Notes under the pieces: model-generated
The model's input: the letters and a program-made list of their open reading frames with translations, nothing else
Database searches by the model: none
Told to the model about the DNA's origin: nothing
NCBI GenBank assembly: GCA_963716235.1
Contig: CAVQTE010000017.1
Coordinates: 26,295-90,294 of the forward strand
Length of the DNA stretch: 64,000 bases
Direction of reading: 5' to 3'
Origin: Ilumatobacteraceae bacterium
Lineage (GTDB): Bacteria > Actinomycetota > Acidimicrobiia > Acidimicrobiales > Ilumatobacteraceae
Program-made: the position numbers and the translations under genes
Shown here: positions 54,788 through 63,886 of the stretch, piece by piece
Layout of the letters: every line of letters starts with the position of its first letter
Numbering within the stretch: position 1 is the first letter of the stretch

Positions 54788-55816
54788 GTGTCCGAACGAC
54801 CACTCGACCACCGAGTACATGCTCCCGGACGGGTGAACCTCATCGGTGACCACACCGATTACACCGGCGGGCTCGTGTTCCCGATGGCGATCGACCGCGG
54901 GACCACGATCGACTACTCACCCGGCGGCGACCGGATCACGCTGCGCTCCGACGCCCACGAAGGTGACGTCGACGTCATCGTGCCGTTCGCCGGCGACGCG
55001 TCGAGCCTTCATCCTCAGTGGGGCACGTACGTCGCAGCCATGGCCGCCGAGGTCGGCGCGACCACTGGCCTCGTCGGGCAGGTCACGAGCAGCATCCCAG
55101 CAGGTGCCGGGCTCTCGTCGAGCGCTGCGCTCGAGTGCGCCATCGGACTCGCACTCGGGTTCGACGGAACACCCACGGAACTCGCACTCGCCGCCCGACG
55201 CGCCGAGCACGCCGCCACCGGTGTCCCGACGGGCATCATGGACCAGCTCTGCATCGCCACCGCACAGGCGGGGCATGCCACGATGATCGACTGCCACACC
55301 CTGGTCGTGACCCAGGTACCGGTGCCGACCGACATCGACGTGGTCGTCCGTTTCGTCGCCCATCGCACGCTGCTCGGCTCCGCGTACTCCGACCGCGTCG
55401 CCGAATGCGCACGAGCCGAAGGAGTGCTCGGCCCCCTCCGCGTGGCCACCGTCCACGACGTCGCCGAACACGCCGCGGCACTCAGCGACATCCCGATGCG
55501 GCGGGCGCGCCACGTGGTCACCGAGAATCAGCGGGTCCGTGACTTCGCGGCGGCGCTGGAGCGTGGCGACTACGTCGGCGCCGGCACCCTCATGACACAG
55601 AGCCACGAGAGCCTGCGAACCGACTTCGAGACGTCCACGCCGATCATGGACGACGCGGTCGCCCGACTGCTCGAGACACCGGGAGTGTTCGGCGCCCGCA
55701 TGACCGGCGGTGGCTTCGGCGGCTGCGTCGTGGCGATCAGCACGCCCGGATCACTCACCGAGGGCTGGAACGTCGTCGCCTCCGACGGCGCTCGGCACAT
55801 CGAGCACAGCGGTTAG
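54788..55816 (+). CDS. galK: Galactokinase
   Basis: APGRVNLIGDHTDYTGG and the GHMP motif PAGAGLSSSAALE. GTG 54788 is chosen because the upstream part of the ORF is Arg-rich junk that overlaps the HNH remnant. Confidence 0.85.
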   Translation: MSERPLDHRVHAPGRVNLIGDHTDYTGGLVFPMAIDRGTTIDYSPGGDRITLRSDAHEGDVDVIVPFAGDASSLHPQWGTYVAAMAAEVGATTGLVGQVTSSIPAGAGLSSSAALECAIGLALGFDGTPTELALAARRAEHAATGVPTGIMDQLCIATAQAGHATMIDCHTLVVTQVPVPTDIDVVVRFVAHRTLLGSAYSDRVAECARAEGVLGPLRVATVHDVAEHAAALSDIPMRRARHVVTENQRVRDFAAALERGDYVGAGTLMTQSHESLRTDFETSTPIMDDAVARLLETPGVFGARMTGGGFGGCVVAISTPGSLTEGWNVVASDGARHIEHSG

Positions 55817-56491
55817 CCGGCGGATCGCTCGAGGCGTCCGAACTCCCCACCAGAACAGGTCCTTCCCGTCGAGGCGGACGATCCGCGCCCGAGGGAACGC
55901 AACTCGCAGTTCATCGAGGTGCGCTTGGGTGAAGTCGTACGGCTCACTCGGCACCAGGACGAAATCAGGTGAGGCCACCTCGTCGAGTTCCACGACCGGA
56001 TACGTGACATCCGACCCGTCGGTGACCAGATCGACACCCATCCGGCCCAGCACGGAGCCGCCGTAGGTGGCGCCGTTGATCGACATCCAAGGACGCCGCC
56101 AGATCGGGACGAACGCGGTGCGACGGGCACGGACGGGAGCGGCCGACATCGCTCCGTCGAACCAAGGCGGTCGGACGAGATCGAACCGATCACACAGGTC
56201 GTCGACGAGCAACAGTGCGTCGTCGACGCTGCGAACATCACTGACCAAGACCGGCACACCTCGACGCAGCAGTTCGTCGTGGTCCTCGACCCTGTTCTCC
56301 TCACGGTCCAGCATGACGACATCGGGCTGCAGCGCCACGATCGCGTCGATGTCAGGATTCTTCGTGCCACCGACATGGACCAGATCCGGCTGCTCGCAGA
56401 ACTTCGTGCACGCGATGACGTCGGCGCCGAGCGCGAGCAGCGTCTCGGTCGTCGACGGCACGAGGCTCACGAAGCGACTGGGGGCGTTCAC
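55751..56491 (-). CDS. BtuF/periplasmic-binding-protein-fold (helical backbone metal receptor-like) protein without signal peptide
   Basis: RFVSLVPSTTETLLALGA and PDVVML. No signal peptide was seen. There is a convergent 66-nt overlap with the galK 3' end. Confidence 0.65.
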   Translation of the reverse strand: MNAPSRFVSLVPSTTETLLALGADVIACTKFCEQPDLVHVGGTKNPDIDAIVALQPDVVMLDREENRVEDHDELLRRGVPVLVSDVRSVDDALLLVDDLCDRFDLVRPPWFDGAMSAAPVRARRTAFVPIWRRPWMSINGATYGGSVLGRMGVDLVTDGSDVTYPVVELDEVASPDFVLVPSEPYDFTQAHLDELRVAFPRARIVRLDGKDLFWWGVRTPRAIRRLTAVLDVPSAVGGDDVPALGE

Positions 56492-57105
56492 GGGCCGAGC
56501 AGCCGTTGCTTCTGGCGGTCGAACTCATCGGGCGTGAGGCTCCCGCGCATCAGCATCGACTCGAGGCGCTCCAGCTGGTCGGCGACATCGGTCAGCGGTT
56601 CACCGCCACTTCTGCGCTGACGACCGACGTCCATCTCGGCGTGGATGACCCGCTGCACTCGATCGGGCTGGCGGATGTCGGTGAATCGCTGCTGGCCGGA
56701 CTCGCCTCCCGACTCGATGAGCAGGTCGCCCGCTCCGACGATCCGCTCCATGAGACCCTGGTGGAAGTGCACCGTGTTGACCCGGTCGAGCGGGATCTCG
56801 ATGCCCCGCTTCGACACCAGTCCGGACCGGAAGATGATCCGCAGGTTCGTGATCACGAAGTGTGTGGTCAGCCACTTCGAGTACCTGATCACGAGCCAGA
56901 CCGCTGACGCGCCGAGGGCCATCAGCGAGCCCCAGCCGGCGATCGACTGCTGTGTGGTGTCGGCGTCGGTCATCGCCAGCGTCGCCACCGCAGCGCCGAT
57001 CGATGCGACGATGGCGATCGTGGGTGCCGCCAGGAACCACCAGTGCGGGTGCAGGTCGACCGTGACGTTCTCGTGGTCGTTGAGGAGTCGGCGGGGATAG
57101 GGCAT
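56488..57105 (-). CDS. Membrane bPH (YdbS/DUF304-like) protein with C-terminal SHOCT domain
   Basis: Two TM helices, then a PH-like block (ITNLRIIFRSGLVSKRGIEIPLDRV), then LERLESMLMRGSLTPDEFDRQKQRLL (SHOCT). Confidence 0.75.
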   Translation of the reverse strand: MPYPRRLLNDHENVTVDLHPHWWFLAAPTIAIVASIGAAVATLAMTDADTTQQSIAGWGSLMALGASAVWLVIRYSKWLTTHFVITNLRIIFRSGLVSKRGIEIPLDRVNTVHFHQGLMERIVGAGDLLIESGGESGQQRFTDIRQPDRVQRVIHAEMDVGRQRRSGGEPLTDVADQLERLESMLMRGSLTPDEFDRQKQRLLGP

Positions 57106-57112
57106 CGCCGTG

Positions 57113-58453
57113 TCAGTCCGGACGGTTGCCCGACACGGTCATGCGAATACGCAGCGCGTCGATGGCAAACCCGTCCATCCTCAGCACCTCGAACTCGCCG
57201 ATGTCGGTGAGCACTCGGTCGCCCTCCGAGGGAATGTCGTCGAACGCATCGATGACGTATCCGGCCACCGTCTGCCAGTCGCCCTCCGGCAGCTGCACAC
57301 CTGTGAACTCCTCGAAGTGCTCGACCCTGGTCGACCCGCTCATCTGGTAGCTCCCGTCGGGGAGTTGCTCGCACTCACCCAGGCGACGGTCGGACTCGTC
57401 GTCGAAGTCGCCGATCAGCTCCTCGAGAACGTCTTCGAGGGTCACCAGGCCGAGAACGAGGCCATGTTCGTCGATCACCAGTGCGATGTGTTGGCGTTCG
57501 GTCCTCATCTCGAGCAGCAGGTCTTCGAGACCATGGTGCTCGGGAGTGACCATCACGGGGCGAGCCATGCTGCCCGCCTGCGTCGTCGGCCAGATGCCCA
57601 TGTCGAGTCGGATCACGTCCTTCGCGTGGACGAATCCCCGCACGTGGTCGAGATCGCCCTCGTGGATGATCACGCGGGTGCGTCCGGTCCGATGCGCCTC
57701 GGCGGCGACATCGGCCGCAGTCGCCTCCGCGGGAACGGCGACGATGTCACGACGTGGTGTCATTGCATCGGCCGCAGTGAGGCCGGACAACTCGAGCGAG
57801 CGCGCCAGGAGCTGATGCTCGTCGGCCGCAATTCCGCCGCGTCCGGCCGACTCGTCGATCAGCAACAGGAGCTCACTCGGCGAGTGGGCCATCGCTCGTT
57901 CGTCCTGCGGTTCGACACCGACCAGGCGCACCACGACGTTCGCCATCCAATTGAGCAGGCGGATGATCGGTCGAACGACCCGGGCGAACATGCGGAAGGG
58001 TCGCGCCAGGAGAAGTGACGACTTCTCGGGATGGGCGATCGCCCACGACTTCGGTGCCATCTCACCCACCACCATGTGGAGGAAGACGACGATCGACAAT
58101 GCGATGGTGAACGCGATGATGTGGCGAGCCGTATCCGACAGGGTGAACAGCTCGCCGAGTGCGCCCTCGATGATGCGAGCGACAGCAGGTTCGGCAACGG
58201 CACCGAGCCCGAGCGAGCACATCGTGATGCCGAGCTGCGCGCCCGCCAACATCAACGTCAGCTCACGAAGCCCTGCGAGCGCGTGCTTGGCCCGCTTGTC
58301 GCCTTCGACCGCCAGCTGCTCGATGCGCGAGCGACGCGATGCGAGGAGCGCGAACTCGGCGGCGACGAAGAACCCGTTCAGCGCGAGCAGCACGAAGGCG
58401 AGACCGAGACTCGACCAACTGACCTGGATCCCGTCGGACGCGGCGAGCATCAT
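57113..58453 (-). CDS. CNNM/CorC-type hemolysin family protein (DUF21-CBS-CorC_HlyC)
   Basis: The start MMLAASDG overlaps the upstream stop (ATGA). Blocks FFVAAEFALLASRRSRIE, a CBS pair and a C-terminal transporter-associated domain are present. Confidence 0.85.
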   Translation of the reverse strand: MMLAASDGIQVSWSSLGLAFVLLALNGFFVAAEFALLASRRSRIEQLAVEGDKRAKHALAGLRELTLMLAGAQLGITMCSLGLGAVAEPAVARIIEGALGELFTLSDTARHIIAFTIALSIVVFLHMVVGEMAPKSWAIAHPEKSSLLLARPFRMFARVVRPIIRLLNWMANVVVRLVGVEPQDERAMAHSPSELLLLIDESAGRGGIAADEHQLLARSLELSGLTAADAMTPRRDIVAVPAEATAADVAAEAHRTGRTRVIIHEGDLDHVRGFVHAKDVIRLDMGIWPTTQAGSMARPVMVTPEHHGLEDLLLEMRTERQHIALVIDEHGLVLGLVTLEDVLEELIGDFDDESDRRLGECEQLPDGSYQMSGSTRVEHFEEFTGVQLPEGDWQTVAGYVIDAFDDIPSEGDRVLTDIGEFEVLRMDGFAIDALRIRMTVSGNRPD

Positions 58454-59841
58454 CGGTCGCCACGTTCGGCATCGTCGGAGTCCACATCGTCGTCGGTCTC
58501 GGCGATCCGCAACTGCAGACGCTGGATCGCGAATCCGTCGACCTCGAGGACCTCGATCTCGATCCCGTCGACGACGAACGACTCGCCGACCGCCGGGATG
58601 TGCTCGAGGCGGTCGAGGACGAGACCTGCAACGGTGTCGTACTCGCCGTCGGGCAGGTCGAATCCCGTGATCCGCTCGATCTCGTCGGGACGCGAACTCG
58701 CGGCCACCGACCACACGCCGGACTCGATCTCGACGTGCTCACCGCGAGCGCTCGGGTCGTACTCGTCCTCGATGTCGCCGACCAGTTCCTCGACGATGTC
58801 TTCGAGTGTCACCACTCCGGCGGGCCCGCCGTATTCGTCGATGACGACGGCCATCTCGGTGGCGTGCGCACGAAGTTCGGCGAGCACCACGCTCAGTCCG
58901 GCCGCTTCGGGCACGGCCAGGATCTCGCGCACCAGCGACGTCACGGCCGTGGTCTCGTACTCCGTGCGGGGAACGCCGAGGAGGTCCTTCGCGTGGACGA
59001 CGCCGTGGACCCGATCGTCGTCGTCGACCACCGGGAATCGCGAATGCGACGACGACATCAGGTCGCGCAGATCGGCAGCGGTCGCATCGGCGTCGATGGT
59101 GACGACACGGTTCCACGGCACCATCGCGTCGGATGCTTCGAGTTCACCGAAGTCGATGGCCCGCTCGAGCAACTGTGCCTGCAGCAACGTCAAGTGGCCG
59201 CTCTCGGCAGACGAATCGACGATCAGATCGAGTTCCTCGGTCGACACCGCGCCGTGCAGTTCCTCGACCGGCTCGACTCCGACGAGTCGGAGCAGGCGGT
59301 TCGCGGCGCCGTCGAACAGGCGGATCACCGGCCCGGCAACCCGCATGAAGATCCATGTCGATGGAGCCAACGAGCGGGCGACGGGCTCGGGGCGGGCGAT
59401 GGCGAGGTTCTTCGGCGCCAGTTCGCCGAACACCATCTGCGCCATCGTGACGAAGACGAGGGCCAGCACCAGGGCGATCCCGAGCGACGCCGATTCGGGG
59501 ACGCCGGCCGCTTCGAGTACGGGGGCGAAGACCGAAGCGATGGCCGGCTCGGCGATGAAACCGAGGGCCAACGTCGTCACCGTGATGCCGAGTTGCGCTC
59601 CCGACAACATGAAACCGAGTCGCTTGTGGACGTCGATCGCCCGTTTCGAGCGGCGATCACCCTCGCGCGCCTGCTCGACGAACCGACTCCGGCGCGCCGC
59701 CACGAACGCGAACTCCACGGCGACGAAGTAGCCGTTCGCGGCGATCAAGGCGACGACACCGATCAGCCCGAGAGCAGTCAGCACGGCGTCAACTTCGTTT
59801 TCGGTCGGCGGACATGTGTGGCCAGATGTTATCCACACCAC
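58450..59841 (-). CDS. CNNM/CorC-type hemolysin family protein (paralogue)
   Basis: YFVAVEFAFVAARRSRFVE, a CBS pair and a CorC_HlyC domain. The start is uncertain (GTG 59841 or GTG 59784). Confidence 0.8.
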   Translation of the reverse strand: MVWITSGHTCPPTENEVDAVLTALGLIGVVALIAANGYFVAVEFAFVAARRSRFVEQAREGDRRSKRAIDVHKRLGFMLSGAQLGITVTTLALGFIAEPAIASVFAPVLEAAGVPESASLGIALVLALVFVTMAQMVFGELAPKNLAIARPEPVARSLAPSTWIFMRVAGPVIRLFDGAANRLLRLVGVEPVEELHGAVSTEELDLIVDSSAESGHLTLLQAQLLERAIDFGELEASDAMVPWNRVVTIDADATAADLRDLMSSSHSRFPVVDDDDRVHGVVHAKDLLGVPRTEYETTAVTSLVREILAVPEAAGLSVVLAELRAHATEMAVVIDEYGGPAGVVTLEDIVEELVGDIEDEYDPSARGEHVEIESGVWSVAASSRPDEIERITGFDLPDGEYDTVAGLVLDRLEHIPAVGESFVVDGIEIEVLEVDGFAIQRLQLRIAETDDDVDSDDAERGDR

Positions 59842-59876
59842 TCGGCGACCGTGGTGACCCGGCTAGCCTTCCCGCC

Positions 59877-60350
59877 ATGTCAACCTTCCATGAGTTCGAG
59901 ATGACCTCGATCACGGGTGAGCCGGTCTCCTTCGACCAGTTCAGCGGTCAGATCTGTCTGATCGTCAACGTCGCGAGCGCTTGAGGCCTCACGCCTCAGT
60001 ACGCAGGTCTGCGTGCACTTCATGACGACAACGACGACGTGACCGTCCTCGGCTTTCCGTGCAACCAGTTCGCCGGGCAGGAACCGGGATCCGACGCAGA
60101 GATCCTCGAGTTCGCCACCTCGAAGTACGGGGTGACGTTCCCGATGTTCCACAAGATCGAGGTGAACGGCGACGGCGCCGCTCCGCTGTACCAGTGGCTC
60201 AAGGCGGAACAACCCGGCGAGGGCGACAGCACCGACATCACCTGGAACTTCGAGAAGTTCCTGGTCGACAAGGGAGGCAACGTCGTCGCTCGGTTCGGTC
60301 CGACAACCACACCGGAGCAGGTGGCCGAAGCCCTCGACAGCTACCGTTGA
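59877..60350 (+). CDS. Glutathione peroxidase with in-frame TGA (candidate selenocysteine) at the catalytic position
   Basis: My own translation from ATG 59877 reads ...QICLIVNVASA-TGA(59982-59984)-GLTPQYAGL...VLGFPCNQF...WNFEKFLV. The GPx signature is continuous across the TGA. The ORF track has only 60039-60350. Confidence 0.75.
59985..60030 (+). promoter_or_regulatory. Candidate bacterial SECIS element
   Basis: Hairpin GUACGCA-GGUC-UGCGUGC at 59999-60016, 14 nt after the UGA. The apex GCAGGUCUGC resembles the E. coli fdhF SECIS apex. Confidence 0.55.
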
Positions 60351-60375
60351 TCGGGATGATCGGTCGTCGAGCATC

Positions 60376-61527
60376 ATGACGATCGAGTTCACCCACAACG
60401 AACGGCCGACGGTCGGCATCGAGATGGAACTCCACGTGGTCGACCGCGCCACCGGCGACCTCGTCTCGGCCGCCAACGAACTGCTTGCCGAATTGGGGTC
60501 GACCCATCCGGGAGGTGAACACCCGAAGGCCAAGCACGAACTGTTCCAGAGCACGATCGAGATCATCACCGGCGTCTGCGAAACGCCTGCCGACGCCGGT
60601 GACGACCTTCGCACGACCCTCGCCGAGCTTCGTGTCGCCGCCGATCGGCGAGGCCTCGCGCTGATGAGTTCGGGCACCCATCCGTTCGCGCTCGCCCGCG
60701 ATCAGTTGGTGAGCCCCGATCTGCGCTATCACGAACTGATCGAGTCGATGCAGTGGCCCGCTCGTCGGCTCCTGATCTGCGGCTTGCACGTGCATGTCGG
60801 TGTCAGCGATGGCGCTCGTGCGATCGCGATCATCAACGAACTGCGGCGTCACCTGCCGCTGTTCCTGGCGCTGTCGTCGTCGAGCCCATTCTTCGAGGGC
60901 GAAGATTCGGGACTCGCATCGGCACGGTCGAAAGTGTTCGAATCGCTGCCCACCGCCGGGCTCCCGCCACAGCTCGCCGACTGGACCGACTTCGAGGCCT
61001 TCATGTCGACGCTGCTCGACTCGAGGTGCATCAGCTCCATCCGCGAGGTGTGGTGGGACATCCGCCCGCACCCCGACTTCGGCACGGTGGAGTTCCGCAT
61101 GTGTGACGCAACCCCGACCGTGCGCGAGGCTGTGGCGCTCGCCGGACTCGCCCAGACGCTCGTGGCCTGGTGCAATTCCCGCATCGACGACGGCACGCTG
61201 CCCAGTGCGCCGCGCGAGTGGACCGTGCGCGAGAACCGGTGGCTGGCGGCCCGGTTCGGCATCGATGCCGACCTGATCGTCGAGCACCCCGACACCGGGC
61301 ACCCCGATCGGCGATCGGTACGCGACCTTCTGACCGACCTGGTCGACGAACTCGGCCCCACGGCGCAGGGGCTCGGGACGACGGCCCAGCTCGCTGACCT
61401 CCTCACCTTGCTCGACGTCGGCACGAGCGCAACGCTCCAGCGAAAGGTCGTCGAGGCCGGCGGTACGCTCGTCGACGTGGTCCACCTCCTGGTCGACAGC
61501 CTGGCCGCCGACGAACTCCCCTCATGA
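60376..61527 (+). CDS. ybdK: Carboxylate-amine ligase, YbdK/GCS2 family (gamma-glutamyl-cysteine ligase-like)
   Basis: 383 aa with blocks VGIEMELHVVD, LHVHVGV and WWDIRPHPDFGTVEFRMCD. Confidence 0.9.
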   Translation: MTIEFTHNERPTVGIEMELHVVDRATGDLVSAANELLAELGSTHPGGEHPKAKHELFQSTIEIITGVCETPADAGDDLRTTLAELRVAADRRGLALMSSGTHPFALARDQLVSPDLRYHELIESMQWPARRLLICGLHVHVGVSDGARAIAIINELRRHLPLFLALSSSSPFFEGEDSGLASARSKVFESLPTAGLPPQLADWTDFEAFMSTLLDSRCISSIREVWWDIRPHPDFGTVEFRMCDATPTVREAVALAGLAQTLVAWCNSRIDDGTLPSAPREWTVRENRWLAARFGIDADLIVEHPDTGHPDRRSVRDLLTDLVDELGPTAQGLGTTAQLADLLTLLDVGTSATLQRKVVEAGGTLVDVVHLLVDSLAADELPS

Positions 61528-62717
61528 CCACCGTCTCACCCTCACTGGCTGAGTGGCTGAATGAACACGGCGAAGGCCTCATCGCTCTGCGACGCAACCT
61601 CCACGCCCATCCTGAGCTCAGCGGCGCCGAGCACGCGACCACCGAGCTCGTCGAGGAACGACTCCGCCTGGCCGGGCTCGAACCGCGTCGCCTGGCAGTG
61701 GGAACCGGTCTCGTGTGCGATCTCACTCCGACGAACCGCAATGGCGGGTTCGAGCAGCTGCTCGCACTGCGCGCCGACCTCGACGCACTGGCCATGACCG
61801 ACGACAAGGATGTCTCGTACGCCAGCCGACACCCTGGCGTCGCCCACGCCTGCGGGCACGATGTCCACACCACGATCGTGCTGGGCGCGGCGTTGTACTT
61901 CGCCCATCACCGAGACAATCTGCCCGGACCGGTCCGCTTCGTGTTCCAGCCGGCCGAGGAACGGGTACCCGGCGGTGCTCTCGACGTGATCGGCGATGGT
62001 GGACTCGACGGCGTCGGAGCAATCGTCGGTGTGCACTGTGAACCCAAACTCGATGTCGGAACGATCGGCCTCAAGTCGGGCGCGATCTCATCGGCTGCCG
62101 ACATGGCCGTCATCCGGATCGTCGGGCCGGGTGGACACACCGCGCGTCCTGAACTCACCGTCGACCTCGTGTCGCTCGCCGCACAAATCGTGAACGAGCT
62201 TCCAGGACGCGTCGCCGGCCGACTCGACGATCCCACCCAGGTGAAGCTCGTGTTCGGAGCGATCCACGCGGGCGATGCCGCCAACGTCATCCCCACCCAC
62301 TGTGAACTGAAGGCATCGATCCGAACCCCCTCACTCCCGGTCTGGGAGCGCTTACCCGAACTCGTCGAAACCGAAGTCGTGAAGATCGTCGGCGAGTCCG
62401 GTGCTGTCCTCGAGATCGATTACACCCACGGCGTCCCACCGGTCGTCAACGATGCCGACGTCACCGAGACGCTCCTCCGTGCGGCCGTCGACGTGGTGGG
62501 CGCGCATTCGGTCGCCATGGTCGAGCAGAGTTGGGGGGGCGACGACTTCGCGTGGTTCACTCGTGAGGTTCCGGGTACCTATGTCCGCCTTGGCGTGCGC
62601 GACCCGGTCGGTCCCACGCTCGACCTCCACGCCGGCCACTTCGACGTCGACGAACGGTCGATCGCGCTCGGCGTGCGCTTGCTCGTGGGGGCCGTCCACG
62701 AACACTTCCGCACATGA
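61524..62717 (+). CDS. M20 family amidohydrolase (N-acyl-amino-acid/dipeptide hydrolase type)
   Basis: LHAHPELSGAE, ALRADLDALAM and ACGHDVHT. The start overlaps the ybdK stop (ATGA). Confidence 0.9.
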   Translation: MTTVSPSLAEWLNEHGEGLIALRRNLHAHPELSGAEHATTELVEERLRLAGLEPRRLAVGTGLVCDLTPTNRNGGFEQLLALRADLDALAMTDDKDVSYASRHPGVAHACGHDVHTTIVLGAALYFAHHRDNLPGPVRFVFQPAEERVPGGALDVIGDGGLDGVGAIVGVHCEPKLDVGTIGLKSGAISSAADMAVIRIVGPGGHTARPELTVDLVSLAAQIVNELPGRVAGRLDDPTQVKLVFGAIHAGDAANVIPTHCELKASIRTPSLPVWERLPELVETEVVKIVGESGAVLEIDYTHGVPPVVNDADVTETLLRAAVDVVGAHSVAMVEQSWGGDDFAWFTREVPGTYVRLGVRDPVGPTLDLHAGHFDVDERSIALGVRLLVGAVHEHFRT

Positions 62718-63274
62718 ACACCGACACATGGGTGTTCGGTTACGGGTCGCTGGTGTCGCCGACCTCGTTGGCCTCGACCATCGGACGCCAGGTCGCGCCC
62801 GGTGACATCATTGCCGTCCATCTCCACGGGTACGGACGGCGATGGAATTACGGGTCACTGCACCTGCGAGGGGACTGGCGCCACGACGACATCGACGTCC
62901 AGCAGGGTGTGGTCATCTCGCTCGGGCTGGTCCACGCGGAGGGCGAACACTGCAACGGCGTCGCTGTGCGGGTCACCGAGGAGGAGCTCGCCCGACTGGA
63001 TTGGCGCGAACGTGACTACGAGCGAACCGACGTGACGGACCGGATCGAGACCGACCTCGCGGGCCTGCCGATCGTCACCTACGTCCCGCGGCCGAGTGCC
63101 GTCGAGCGATACGAGGCGGCCCGCGACGATCACCGAGCCGCGATCCGACGTTCGTACTGGGATCTCGTCAGTCAGGCGTTCGCCGACCTCGGCGACCACC
63201 ACTCGACGACCTACGCGTCCACCCCCGCCCCGGACGTGCCGGTGCTGGACATGACGTTGTCACTCCTCGGCTGA
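62714..63274 (+). CDS. Gamma-glutamylcyclotransferase (ChaC/GGCT-like)
   Basis: WVFGYGSL N-terminal motif, YGRRWN and LDWRERDYER. The start overlaps the M20 stop (ATGA). Confidence 0.8.
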   Translation: MNTDTWVFGYGSLVSPTSLASTIGRQVAPGDIIAVHLHGYGRRWNYGSLHLRGDWRHDDIDVQQGVVISLGLVHAEGEHCNGVAVRVTEEELARLDWRERDYERTDVTDRIETDLAGLPIVTYVPRPSAVERYEAARDDHRAAIRRSYWDLVSQAFADLGDHHSTTYASTPAPDVPVLDMTLSLLG

Positions 63275-63886
63275 AGGATCGGGTGAAGTATCGGGCGACA
63301 GCTCGTTCAGCTTCACCCACAGCGCGTCGACCTGCTCGATCAACGAGTCACGATCGCCGCCGTTGTCGACCACGTGGGTTGCCGTGGCCAAGCGGTCCTC
63401 GCGGCTGATCTGGCTGTTGATACGGGCTCGGGCGTCGGCTTCGTCCATCCCGCGTTGATCGACGAGACGCTGCACCGCCACATCGACGGGAATGTCGACG
63501 ACGATCGTGGCGACGAGCCCCTTGCGAGGGTTCTCGCCGAGCAGTGGGAAGTCGAGCACCACCACGCGATCAGTGCCACGATGCACGTCGATCTGACGCT
63601 GGATCTCGTCCTGCATCGCCGGGTGGACGATGCCGTTGAGATCCTTCAGCGCCGACTCGTCGTTGAAGACGATCTTGGCCACAGCACCCCGATCGAGCGC
63701 ACCGTCGGCGAGCAGGATGTGATCGCCGAACCGTTCGGCCATCGCGGCAAGGACCGGGCTGCCCGGAGCCTGGAGGTCACGGGCGATCTGATCGGCATCG
63801 ACGATCGCCGCACCGCGTTCGGCGAGCATCGCCGACACCGTCGACTTGCCCGCTCCGATTCCCCCGGTCAAACCGACCAGGATCAC
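63260..63886 (-). CDS. coaE: Dephospho-CoA kinase
   Basis: (V)ILVGLTGGIGAGKST P-loop. The GTG start overlaps the upstream stop (GTGA). Confidence 0.9.
   Translation of the reverse strand: MILVGLTGGIGAGKSTVSAMLAERGAAIVDADQIARDLQAPGSPVLAAMAERFGDHILLADGALDRGAVAKIVFNDESALKDLNGIVHPAMQDEIQRQIDVHRGTDRVVVLDFPLLGENPRKGLVATIVVDIPVDVAVQRLVDQRGMDEADARARINSQISREDRLATATHVVDNGGDRDSLIEQVDALWVKLNELSPDTSPDPSAEE

Noticed and set aside
59981-59990. Perfect palindrome TGAGGCCTCA spanning the GPx TGA codon.
   Set aside because: It has no loop, so it is not a viable hairpin. It is most simply a by-product of the codons for U-G-L.
59880-60677. 265-aa minus-strand ORF covering the GPx locus and the ybdK start.
   Set aside because: It is antisense to two genes with strong family signatures, and its own sequence has no recognisable features.
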